A DNA stretch of 64,000 nucleotides. It comes from Marsupella aquatica. Taxonomy: Eukaryota > Plantae > Marchantiophyta. Below are positions 23,094-34,107 of this stretch, in pieces. The stretch covers positions 4,062,211 through 4,126,210 of the forward strand of contig OZ316897.1 of NCBI GenBank assembly GCA_973895155.1, in the 5' to 3' direction. Position numbers and translations under genes: made by a program. How positions within the stretch are numbered: position 1 is the stretch's first letter; each line of letters starts with the position of its first letter. The notes beneath the pieces were generated by a model. It made no database searches. It had not been told where the DNA came from and worked only from the letters and a program-made list of their open reading frames with translations.

Positions 23094-25874
23094 TAAAATG
23101 ATTCCAAAATCATTTTTTGGCCCCTTACACCATCTGTACAAGACATGGGGGGCCATAAAATGATTCCAAACTCTCTTTTGGCCCCTTACACTATATTTAG
23201 GATGTTAGTGGCTCATAGATTAGCTTTAATTAGTAAAACAAGATACCCCAAGGATTTGTAATGCCTGTGAATCATGTATCCTGCTTTGGCTTTTTGGCAG
23301 TGTTATAGGTAGACACAATACCTGAATGACCCTCAAGTTCTTGTAAAACCCATCAAACTGGTGAGTTCCCATTCATTATATAATCCTGGGGACAGATTTA
23401 ATGTCAAGGGAATGAAAAGAAACAACAGACCTCAACTTCCCCTAAAGCCACAGTTACCAAACGAATGCAAAAACAGCGTGAAGATTATGTTTTGCCTTGG
23501 TGGTGGTGGTAGTACTCTGCTGGGAGTGCGACAAACCTACAACCATTTTAAGAGCAAGGTTCCATAGCCGGGGGCAGAGGAGTACAAAACTGCTCCAGGG
23601 ACATTGGAGTGAATAATATTACAACATTAATTGAACTTACTTAGTGGGTGAGAGGCATTTATACAGGGGAAGGAAAGAGTAATTTTCACATGAACTCCCC
23701 TCAGACTACCCCTCTAGCTGCATGGAAAGTCTCTACTGGCCTTTAACTGGAAAAATTCAAGGAAATTTGGTACAGTATATTCTTGGATTAAGGAGCATAT
23801 GGGGGCACTATGAGATGGAAGAGGGAGTGTTTGCACTCCTCACCGCTGGTGCAAATCTTGCTCTTTAATTTATCCAACTTAATCTAGAATTGGTCAGGAA
23901 ATGACAAGGAGAAGAGAAAGCTTGGACAACTCTTATGAAAGTAGCCCTGTGGAAAACATATATACTACAAAGGACAAACTTTCTTCTATATATTTAGATG
24001 GTGGCCAGGGTTGGTTCTTGGGACTCAAATGAATATCAACTGCTCCATTATTGATCAAAACAAACTTTTCTTAGAGAGGTAAATCTTGATAGTTTTGTGA
24101 GGTCATGCATGATGTGACTGACCTGGAACGGCTCATAAAAGGACTTCTATCAGAAAATTCCAATGATTCCTCCCTAGTTTTCTCTCAAATTTAGAAACAT
24201 TCATCATCTATAAAAACCAATTAATTTGCTCATCAATGCATAACTTTAGATAACAACTTGAAAAGAAACCCAAACAGCCTAATAAAACCAAAGCCTGATG
24301 TTCAAAGGTTCAAACAATATCAAAAAATTTAGAAATGTTCCAGTAAACTAAGGCTAGTATTCTCTTCAAAATCTTCAGGAAGGGAGGAAGTAGAACTGCT
24401 TACCAATTCATTATCCTTGCCAAATATGTCTCTATCCCGCACGCGAAGGAGGAGCCGACACGGGTGACCCCATGAGCTGATTCTTAGACGAAATAGTTCA
24501 TGCCAGATTGGGTTCACTGTTTGCTTCTTGATGGACGTTTTGAATTTAACTTTCTCTAGGCAAATCTTGACATATGGATCAGCGACCCCTTGAGGACATC
24601 ATTTGGAACAAAAATGGAAAGGTTTTAGCCTCAGTTGTCTGGGCTTCTATTTTCACATGAAAAGAAGGTGAAAGCATTCCTTAATTGCTATACAAATTAC
24701 CAGTGATTTATATTATCTTGATCCAATCACTGTCATCATTCTTCACAAGAAACATTTGAAGGATATTGCTGGTTAAGTGGACTTTCAAAAATCGCTAGCT
24801 AGTGGGATTTGTCATACACTACATATATCATATCCAACACTTTTTATAAGATGCATGTATATCCTGAAAGTTATTATCATTTAATGTATTAATTCCACCA
24901 AATGAATGTTTGGGTACGTCTGAAACCTGTTTTATCCTTGCATTCAAGATCTTTGCACTCCAAAACTTCCAAAATGACAAATGCAGCATCCTTTGGTTCC
25001 TTAATGTTCCCTGCCACAAGTTTAGGAACGCAAATTATCCAGTCAACATGATAAGAAGATCAAAGGACTAATCCATATATGGTAAATGTGCAACACATTT
25101 AGCAGAGTTAGGGTTGATTACAAAAGATCGTCTGTAGGGCATCCACTTATTTTTGGTCTAGAGTGAATTTGAAGCTTGGCTGACATTCAGGCATCAGAAA
25201 TTAATGTAACTTGTGCTCTTAGGCAACTGGTTTGATTTTATTTGCATTTATTACCAATAAGAAACGCTTGTCAAACTTGCACGATTTGACATTTAAAATT
25301 GAGGACATAAAATTGCGCAAATTTGAACTTGAATTTGCTACAAAGGGACTTGCCATGCATGCCTGCTGTTTCGTCTTTATCAACATCAAAACGGTAGTCT
25401 GCCCCACACAATTTTATCAAGTCCACCACAAGGGGATGGGGCTCCACTAGAAAAGTCTCGACTGCTGCCTGGATTGCCCTACTCTACAATAGAATTTCAA
25501 AACAGTACAAGACTTTACTGAGCTTCATTTGAGTGTGTGTGAAACTTTCCATATGTACCTATCTATCTATAATTTGAAGTTTTGGTAGAAGAAAATCAGC
25601 TCAATCACATTTATTTTTCTCGAGCAAAAGGGTTCTTCACATATTGAATATCTTTATAAATTACACAATTTCTCCACAAGGTGTAGTTTTGTGAGAAGAA
25701 AATCAGCTCAATCATAGTTATTTTTCTTCAGCGAAGGATTCTGACATTATAAATTTAACAATCTCTCCACAACCTGTCTTTTCGTGAGAAGAAAAAATAA
25801 GCTCAGTCATAGGTATTCTTCTTGAGCTAAGGGTTTTCTCACAACGAATATTTTACAAGCTCAACAAAATTATC

Positions 25875-25933
<59 letters not shown>

Positions 25934-26839
25934 TACCACCCATGAAGCAATCCCTGGCAAGTCGGTGACATCCACACTGCTAGATGACAAGGGGCGCACA
26001 CTCAAGCCAAGGATGGGCACGGTTGCAAAGGCAACTGTCAATTGGCCCAAGTAAGGATAAAATGGCACAAACTTGAGTCCGAGCCTGAGCTTCCCTTCGA
26101 CCCTCAAGTTGTTCCCGTAGAGTTTCCCAGCCAATCCCAACCCCATGGATGCCTTTTTCAGCCTTGCTATAAGCTCCAACTTCATGTCCTCTGCTGCCAC
26201 GAAAGTAAGATCCAACTCCAAAACGGCTTGCTCTCCACGCGCAGCAGTGGGGTTTCGGTGCACTTTGGCAAATTGGATGACAGGAGGAGAACTTCCCAAA
26301 CGGAGGTGGTCTATCACCAATTTGCTCAAAGCTCTAGGTTTGTAGTAAGGCAGATTGAGATGCAAGCAATTCATGATCAGATGGGAGAGATACCTCTCTA
26401 ACCATGATGGCCAACATTCTTGCAAAACTGCATTCAACCATACTACTGTTTCAGCATCGGTGGATAGCAATAGTCTTGACCTTCTCTCGTCCATCTTGTG
26501 TTGGATTTGGATTCTCAAGCGCTCTTTTTGGACATTATCCACTTTGTGAAGGTAAAACATGGCTGCAAACACGACCAACGGATAATTGTACTCCATGAAG
26601 CCTGTGAGCCATACCAACGACAATACCATCACTAGGTGTAGGAAGAGTGGCCACGAACACAATGCCTCATAACAGTGAAATAGTAGCTCCGTTTCTCTCT
26701 TGCCCCATCGTTGTGGCTCTGGTTCTTCGTCGTCTTCACTTGGGGGCTTAATATCTGGTTGCATAGTGTTGTTGTCATCCACCACGGCCACATTTTCTTG
26801 AGGCCTAGCTCTCAGCCAACCTCGTAAAAGGTTCGGCAT
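18521..26839 (-). CDS. N-terminal TM + SMP + C2 domain protein (NTMC2T6 / At1g53590-like), complement(join(18521..19040,20038..20259,21398..21642,24404..24588,24927..25010,25354..25483,25937..26839)), 762 aa
   Basis: Hydrophobic hairpin (LFLHLVMVLSLVWLTG...YPLVVFAAMFYL). SMP domain (DAETVVWLN...WP...LRLGSSPP...VTDLPGIASWV|SRAIQAAVETFLVEP). C2 domain (VILEVLECKDLECKDKTG VADPYVK...FKTSIKKQTVNPIWHELF...RDRDIFGKDNEL|GCCFLDVNQLRGAKRHDMWLRL...GQIHIAATVVD). Exon phases close (2289 nt). The last two exons are less certain. Confidence 0.9.
23049..23190. repeat. Poly-G tract (29 G, 23063-23091) within a tandem duplication in an intron of the C2 gene
   Basis: tacaagacatg-(G)n-cataaaatgattccaaa...ttttggccccttacac occurs twice; the G run is 29 nt in copy 1 and 7 nt in copy 2. 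Confidence 0.9.
23560..23900 (-). mobile_element. Possible decayed LINE RT C-terminal fragment inside the intron
   Basis: Minus frame SAPICSLIQEYTVPNFLEFFQLKASRDFPCS*RGSLRGVHV loosely resembles the L1 motif PIY.L....P....I....R.FLW.....H.V. Weak. Confidence 0.2.
25587..25877. repeat. Three diverged ~100-bp tandem repeats in intron 1
   Basis: Each unit begins agaagaaaa..agctca(a/g)tca and ends near ctccaca. Confidence 0.85.
25878..25931. repeat. (AG)27 microsatellite just inside the 5' splice site of intron 1
   Basis: Direct reading; explains the SLSLSL tail of ORF 25853-26839. Confidence 0.98.
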
Positions 26840-28984
26840 AGGTCACCCTGCCTACTTTTGAATTCGAGCTTGTCAAAGTCTCACCTCTTGAAAATATGTC
26901 GAAGAGGCTCAACACTGACTTTTCAAGCATGCTTGATCAATGTCCTTGTCTATAGAGACTTACGTCCAGATGATCTCAGCTTGGAATCCCTAAAAATTAA
27001 TTATCTCTCAGTTGTGAAAACTCATCAATCCTCCTCGAGTGGATTGAACCAGGCACAAACCGAAAATAAAACAATTGCCAACGTCCAATCATCATTGAAG
27101 TGTGTTCTTCTAAACACAATCGATAACCCTAGCATAGCAATGGGACGAGATTCGATCATATTTGCCAAGACGTCACAACAATAGGTTCTCAAAAGAGAAC
27201 AGAACAAAACAGGGTTGTGAAGTGCACTGACATAATGAGATAAAGCTAGAACGTTGAAAAATCAGTGACAGAATGATGTTCCCAGACATCTACAGTAGTA
27301 ATGTCACAACAAAATCACGACGATCATAGTCGCAAATGCCTTGCTCACATTTCTATGTCAGAAGCCCTAATTTTGCATTCATCTCTTTCAATCACAGGGT
27401 ACAGTTGAATCAGACTCAGAGTTCTGAACAACACAACATAGGAAAAGCTAAATTGAATTAGTGTCTTCAACTGAACCCAACTATCTCAAGTGTAAGAGGA
27501 GGATTTTTCTCATTCAAGTTATGAATAAGCTGCAAACGAATCTGTTTGCCAAGTTTTAGGATGACAATCCAAAGCATTTTGGGTGAATGACGGTCCAAGT
27601 GCAATTTCAAAACATACCATCAAGCATCAGGTTGCATTCAGATCCAAGGTATCATATAATCGAATCTCATTCTCGTTTAGTGTTGATAACATTGAAAACC
27701 CAAGGGCCCATTCAAGATGGTATATTCTAAACTATGGGATGGGATAGTTTGGGAAAGAAATTGATGCTCGGGTGGACCTTGGATAGAAACCAGTCAACTA
27801 AGCTGGACTGATTGGAATCTTCTTTGCAACATTGGGAGTAAAATTTGGTCCATCCAGGTCTAAATATCCATTTTTAGGCCAGACACAATTAGTGTGCATT
27901 TAACTAAAATGTGTTGAGAGGTGTGGGTCCCTGCTCTCGGGGTCCTTTGGGAATTTCATTTCTTGGTGTTGGGTTTTAGGGAGAGTAAAGTCTCGGGGCT
28001 CCATTCCCTCTTTCTTCAACGAACTTAAAGAAAACTGTAATTAAAAAATTCTGTTTAATCATCCTTTTTTAATGCTCCTGAGGCTGTCCCGACCTCCAGC
28101 CACCCCCCACACAACTATAGGCATGAGACAATGAAATCTCAATTGCATCATTGATGCCAAAATTTCCAATTATCCAGTTACTTTCTAGCACGAGCAATAT
28201 TGATCACTGTCCATAGGATGGAAATGGTAAAAAGGGGAGCGGGCCAGCTATCTGGGCAATCCACCTGACTTGCTCAAGAGTGCAAGGTAAGGTTTTAGTT
28301 TTGAATTGGCAATCAATGAGCAGAGTCTATCTTTGGATTTTTCTTTATTTTAGAGTTTGACCCCCTTAATTTATAATTGATTTTTTTTTGCAACACCCTT
28401 CCTTTCTTTAAATTTTGCCATTTTTCTTTACTTCAAACCCCTAAAAACTTTCAATAAAATATTTTTTGATTAAATAGCCAGGCCTAAGTATATGTTATTT
28501 AAAGCCAACCAATCAATAAAAGCTGCCCAATAAACTTTGGAAGTATTTCAGTACACCCATTTAAATAGGCCTAGGTATACTTTGTCACACATGATGTGCC
28601 ACTTTCGTGGAAATGACCCCCCCCCAACTCTAAAATTGAGAATTTGTTTTAAATGTTTTTAATCCCTAGAATTGGCTTTAAAGCCCTTTTTCAAATGCTT
28701 AAAGTTAGATTTAAAACACAATGATATTTTCAATTTTGTTTAAAGTCTTCAACTAAACCCATTAAAAAACTCTATACTTGATTGTTGGTTTAGGGCTGGA
28801 GGAAAATACTTGAGGATCCCGGCCGGGCTATATACATTGGTGACATCTTTGAGGAATACAAATGGGAAGGCCTGTGCAGATGCTCTAAAGACGTGACGGT
28901 TTGCAATATGCAAAATCTGCCCGTCCACAAGCACGTCTTTTGTGGACAAATCCTCCAAGGCCAGGAGGGAAGGAGAGCAGCAGC

Positions 28985-29394
28985 TAATTAGTTAGGCCAG
29001 GAGCAAAGCCAGGGCAATTCATTGATCAAGCACCTTACATGTAGCCATAGTCATTGTAGCCCTGGCTTGAGTATTTTAACTAAATAATGCTTCTTGACTA
29101 CCTCACCCTTGAGGATTTAACATTGAACTAGTAGGACAGTCCTGCCTGATACCTGTGCTTCGCACGTCAAAAAATATTTCCCCCAAACCACATGTGTTAC
29201 ACCCCTCGTTTGTTATTAGATCCACTTTGATTGCTAGTGCTAAAGCCCCTTAAATTGTTAATTCCCCCCTCTCAGAGTAACGATTAGCATGGTTAACGAT
29301 TACATTAATTAGTTAGGCCAGGAGCAAAAAGAGGGTTCATTGATTGAGCACCCCATATGTGACCATGGTGGTCGTCACCCTCGAGGACTTTAAC
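28985..29394. repeat. Diverged ~90-bp direct repeat (28985.. and 29306..); the second copy overlaps the start of the orphan ORF
   Basis: taattagttaggccaggagcaaa is identical in both copies, followed by ttcattgat..agcacc...atgt..ccat.gt and ...tttaac. Confidence 0.85.
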
Positions 29395-30633
29395 CGTGCT
29401 TGCAAGGTCGATGTTGATATCAAGCAACATGTCCCACCACCGCAATTAGATGCAGATGGAAACGCAATCGAGAAAAAGCCCTTGATCGGAGATGAAGAGC
29501 CTGACGTTCGGGCCACCCTCAAGGCAGTGGAGTGGGCAGATGAAGTCCAAGTTCAACTCTTCGGGGAAGGCCATGTCCTGCGCACGAGAGACCTGTTGGA
29601 ACGGCAGCTTGAAGCCTACTACCAATGGCTTAGAACTCCCGAGCCACCACCGCCTCCAAAAGACATCCTCGCTTACATTAGGAGGGTTGCTCAGTTGAAA
29701 GAGATCGATCAGAAGGTAGCCCAAGGGTACAAGGAACCACCAAGCAGGAACAAAGATGACAGGAGTTTCTCAGAGCAGCAGGCCAAAGCTTACAAAGCCT
29801 GGCAAGAAACTGACGTTTACCCAAGGTATGTATTCTTACAGGAAGAGTATTTGGAGTCTCTTAAGCCCCCACCGCCACCGAGAGACTGGTCCCAGAAGGA
29901 GTATCCCGATCTTATGGAACTTCAGAATGAGCAATATCTCTTGTGGTACAAAGCGAACCGGGCATATCTCGAGAACCTACTGAAACCTGTAATAGAGATG
30001 GACAAGATTCCGCCCCCACCTCCCCCTCCACCTCCTCCACCTAAGGATGTCAATATTTACATCAGGAACATGCAAAAGATGATAGAAGTGGAAAACTACT
30101 GGAAAATGAAGGGGCCATATGTGTTCTGGCCCGATCAATACAACCCTAGTACCTACTACTTGGAGTTGCAGCGGTACTGGATGGGTAAATGGGAGTATAC
30201 AGAGGAATATATTGCATTGTGCAGAGGGGTCATCAGGAAAAAGGAGAAGAAGATTCCATGGAGGACACTCAAATGGTGGGAATGGAAGCCCATCTCTACC
30301 CTTTACAAGGATGAACGGGAGCCAAAGAACTCATTTGATTACGGTGGACTGCCTAAGAGGCCCTTGTCTGCGGAATACAAAGGACAACGGATAGAAAAAC
30401 TAGAAGGGGAAGAGGGTGAAGAAAGTGTCACTACGCCTGCTTCAATTTTGTGGGATACTGCCACCAAAGCCCCTTACAAATCGATTGTCTACAACACTGA
30501 ATTGGCTGAGGAACCCGCTAAGTTGCCGGAGAATCGCATATTCTGGGAGAAAGAACCCCGCCCGATTAACATGGACGCTCTATACAAGGAAACTTACGAA
30601 GTTATAGTGAAAACGCAGCCAAATTTCATATAG
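29365..30633 (+). CDS. Intronless orphan ORF (422 aa from the first ATG), Pro-rich with an internal duplication; possibly TE- or virus-derived and 3'-decayed
   Basis: 1269-nt open frame with ATG in ACCATGG context. Repeated ExQxxxYxxW and PPPPKDxxxYIR motifs. Coding-like but stop-interrupted sequence continues to ~31700. Confidence 0.6.
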   Translation: MVVVTLEDFNRACKVDVDIKQHVPPPQLDADGNAIEKKPLIGDEEPDVRATLKAVEWADEVQVQLFGEGHVLRTRDLLERQLEAYYQWLRTPEPPPPPKDILAYIRRVAQLKEIDQKVAQGYKEPPSRNKDDRSFSEQQAKAYKAWQETDVYPRYVFLQEEYLESLKPPPPPRDWSQKEYPDLMELQNEQYLLWYKANRAYLENLLKPVIEMDKIPPPPPPPPPPPKDVNIYIRNMQKMIEVENYWKMKGPYVFWPDQYNPSTYYLELQRYWMGKWEYTEEYIALCRGVIRKKEKKIPWRTLKWWEWKPISTLYKDEREPKNSFDYGGLPKRPLSAEYKGQRIEKLEGEEGEESVTTPASILWDTATKAPYKSIVYNTELAEEPAKLPENRIFWEKEPRPINMDALYKETYEVIVKTQPNFI

Positions 30634-33600
30634 TTTCTCGGCACTTAGTACCGTGACAGTAGGTGTTTGGTCCTCGCAAAATTATATCTACTCCAGGCTA
30701 GAAACCCTTGAACTATGTCCGATTATTCTAAATAGACCTATAGGAAAGGACGTGCAATAGGGCCCGAATTGGATTGAGTATCTTCCTGGAGAAGACCTGA
30801 ATTCGTTTGACCGTAGCATACTCCTCTAGAATTGAGGGAATCTGTTCAGGCTAGAGATAGCATTGAGGTTTGGGTGCATACTTTACCAAAATTAAGAGAA
30901 TCTGGTAGGGCTAGAAATAGTATTGAATCTAAGTTGGCGTGGGTTACCCTCAAAGTAATAGTCCAAAGGTTGGACACCGTTCGAGTTCGATGGGCAAATC
31001 TGCTTTACTGACAGATCAGTTGCTGAGGAAATTGCCAGGAGAAACCGGATCGAACTGTTGCAGTCCAGATACCAAGCAGTCAACTAATGTAGATTTCCCT
31101 GCAGGCAACTTAACAAACCCTTAAAGTGAACCACATATCTAGACTCATTTAACTTTTTTTTCTTTCGCTTTTTCGCCTTCACGATTTAGGTGATGTGTCC
31201 ACAGAGAAGGTACTAGTGTATTAGAGATGGGCAGTAAGAAATTCAAACTGGTCCCACCATGACAGATAAGATGTGCACCAAGCAAAGGACCCCATTCACG
31301 TAAGATCGATGAACTTAGAAGTCAAACAGTGTCTACCCCTGATGTATCAAGCTGTGTAGCTAGTGCAGTAGTGGGATTCTCACCCTTATTTAATCAAGAC
31401 GCAACGTGAACTCCGTAGAAGATAGCAACAGAACCAGCGGACGACATGGCAGCCTCTTCCACAATAGGGAAAAGGAATGCCAGGGGGCTGTAATGACTGA
31501 AATTCATACCCAGTTTGGTAGAATTTCCAGGAAGATCGGACATCCAGCCTAGTTGAAAGCTCACGTCCTGTTAAGACAACGTGTAGGTCGGGATGACAAT
31601 CTCTACCTTTGCCCAACCAGCCAGCACGACATTGCTAGATCCTTGGAACGAACAGCGGCGATGATAGTTACTGTAATTTATTCTAAACCCACCCATCAAG
31701 CGTACTTGATAGCTCAAGGATCGATAGTTTCTTGATTGAAACGAAATTAAACATTTCCATAGTCTCATCTATTCCACCTGTCCCTGCACTTTCCGCACAG
31801 ATTCCTGGACTTATGGTAGGATGTTTGGTAGTATTTCCGCTTTTGCAGTAAATTATTTCATATTAATTAGATTTGACATGGACTCGTTCCGTCCTTTCAA
31901 AGTGAGTTGAGGAGTTTCACCTATATATGTCAAAGTCAAGGGCGGTCGTTTCAATTTAGGAGAACAAGCCTCCGCCGGCCAAAATAGTCAGAACTCTTGC
32001 TGTACAAAATTTAGATCGTAGACGAATTCCCTGACGATTTCCTTTCCGAGTAACCTAGCCAAAATTCCTCTAGATTAATCAATAGAAGGTTCTTTGCAAG
32101 ACCTACAGCGGTAGGACGGAGATTAGCTACCGCACTCAGTACATGTGTAATAGATTATGATTTCGAGATATGTAATCGAGGAAATTGGGAGGCATGCATG
32201 GAGCTGATGGTGGTCCCAAGCCTAGAATAACAATTTCTCATCGAGAGTGGGGACCGCAAACATTAAAGCACTGTCACTGGATGAAGGGCACAGGTCTTGC
32301 CAGCAGGCCCGGTGAAACAGAATTGTGGAACTGTGAAAAGCAGAGATACATCTTGGACGACGCGGATTGGAAATATGTTCAAATCCTTTGTCCAGAAACT
32401 CAATCTGAACTATAGGTTGATGGCGAAGGCGTGCCGGGTACTTTTTTGAAGAGACGGCGTGTAGTTGTTTAGTCGGATGATGGGCTTAGGCCTCACCTCG
32501 TATTTGAAGGTCGAAGGAATGAAACACCAATTTGAGCGTAAACGGCATCTGCACCTGGGAGACCTAGTTCCGTAGAGAACTTTTGATTTTAATAGGTCAT
32601 GTAATCTTGAAGCTTTGGCTCACGTGAATGTATAATAAGTGTGGCTCCTGGATTATGTAACCTACTGACTAGATATACTTGAAAGAGTCATCGTAAAGTT
32701 TTTAGTCTTTCAATTGGGAGTCGTTGATAAGACATTGACAACAAATTAGTCATGGTAACTAATGTGATAATTGGCTTTCATGATTCTAACTTGGTCATGC
32801 ATACACGACGTACTCAGTGTCTTTCCGTGAGAATCCCTGCAAGTCTGTGAGGGATGTACATAATGTAACTTCTGACAAGATACATGAAAATCAACAGTGG
32901 TGAATCACATAACGTTTGATAGATGTGAAAATAAATCACAACGTTTGATAGATGTGAAAATATTTGTTCCGCTTCTGTAGACAATAAGCCTACTGAAAGC
33001 TGTCGAACGTCTTTGGAAACGCGCTGCATCATCAATGCATATAGTGATTCAGCATCATTCAGACAAGCCCGGCCTTTGAGAGCACATAATCACGACGAGC
33101 TAAGCATATATCAGCGGTTTCATGATCTCCTATTCTCTGAATTGAATACAGACGAACAAGAAATAGTAACTTACCGCTATGCTCGGAGCACCAAAAAATA
33201 TCAAAAACTCTGGCATTCCAAGTTGTACTTGAATGGTACAAAAGTATTTACAAAATTCACATGTAGCCTAGAGTTTCCCAAGTAAGGCTCTAAGATTTCT
33301 CGTTCGCACACTGTCAGGACCTCCACCTTTCTATACAGACACCAAAGCATACAATTTCCGTGCCATCTGCTTGCCTGATGCTAGAAACAACAGCTTCCCT
33401 GTAGTCTTCTTCTGGACTACACAACCTTTGCTTCATGAGGCCAGATTGAGCTATGTAGCCATAGATGTTTGGAGTAAAATACATCAGAAAGCTGCTCAAC
33501 TATTGTTAGAAGCTCAACGACGACACGCAACTGGTAAAAGATAACGCTTGTGGAGACTACCACCTAGCAATTCAAGTACTCCGATAGTTATAATCCTCCC

Positions 33601-33861
33601 TAACTGCAGATGTCAACTTGTACGCAAGACAACGCGCTAATGACCGCCCCCATCAGATTTCAAGTGTGAAATCGGATTTGTAAACACTTTCTATATATAT
33701 GCATCAACGGACATCACTTTATCGTCTTGAAAATGACTGTCGATCAACACCGCGCTGATAGAGGTTCGGCACAGTCGCTTCTTGACCGACTCACACTTAT
33801 GAGACCTCTAAATGTTTCGAGAAGTTTCAAGAATCCTGCTGGGCTGCGTTCACTGGCTCGA

Positions 33862-34107
33862 TTAGACGTATATCGTCGTCGTCGTTGGGGGAACGTAGTA
33901 AGCATCAGGAACATGGGCTGCTGGGATGTGGTGCCGCCGGGTTTCGTGTAGGTAACCAGCACCATAGCGTCCGTGCTGCCGATGATGATAGTCATCCCCA
34001 CGATAGTAAGTGTTCACATGACCTTCTCCGTGATGGCCATGGTGGCCAGTTGGGTACGAGCTGTGCCACTCTCCATGGTGATGATGTCTTCCGAAACACG
34101 CTCCCAT
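33862..34107 (-). CDS. Small His/Gly/Tyr-rich protein (81 aa) with an N-terminal MGAC acylation-type motif
   Basis: MGACFGRHHHH...; 17 of 81 residues are His. An upstream candidate 5'UTR intron 34200-34860 (donor caa|gtaagc, acceptor gatttgcag|) and a CT-rich first exon near 35200 suggest a real transcription unit. Confidence 0.6.
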   Translation of the reverse strand: MGACFGRHHHHGEWHSSYPTGHHGHHGEGHVNTYYRGDDYHHRQHGRYGAGYLHETRRHHIPAAHVPDAYYVPPTTTTIYV

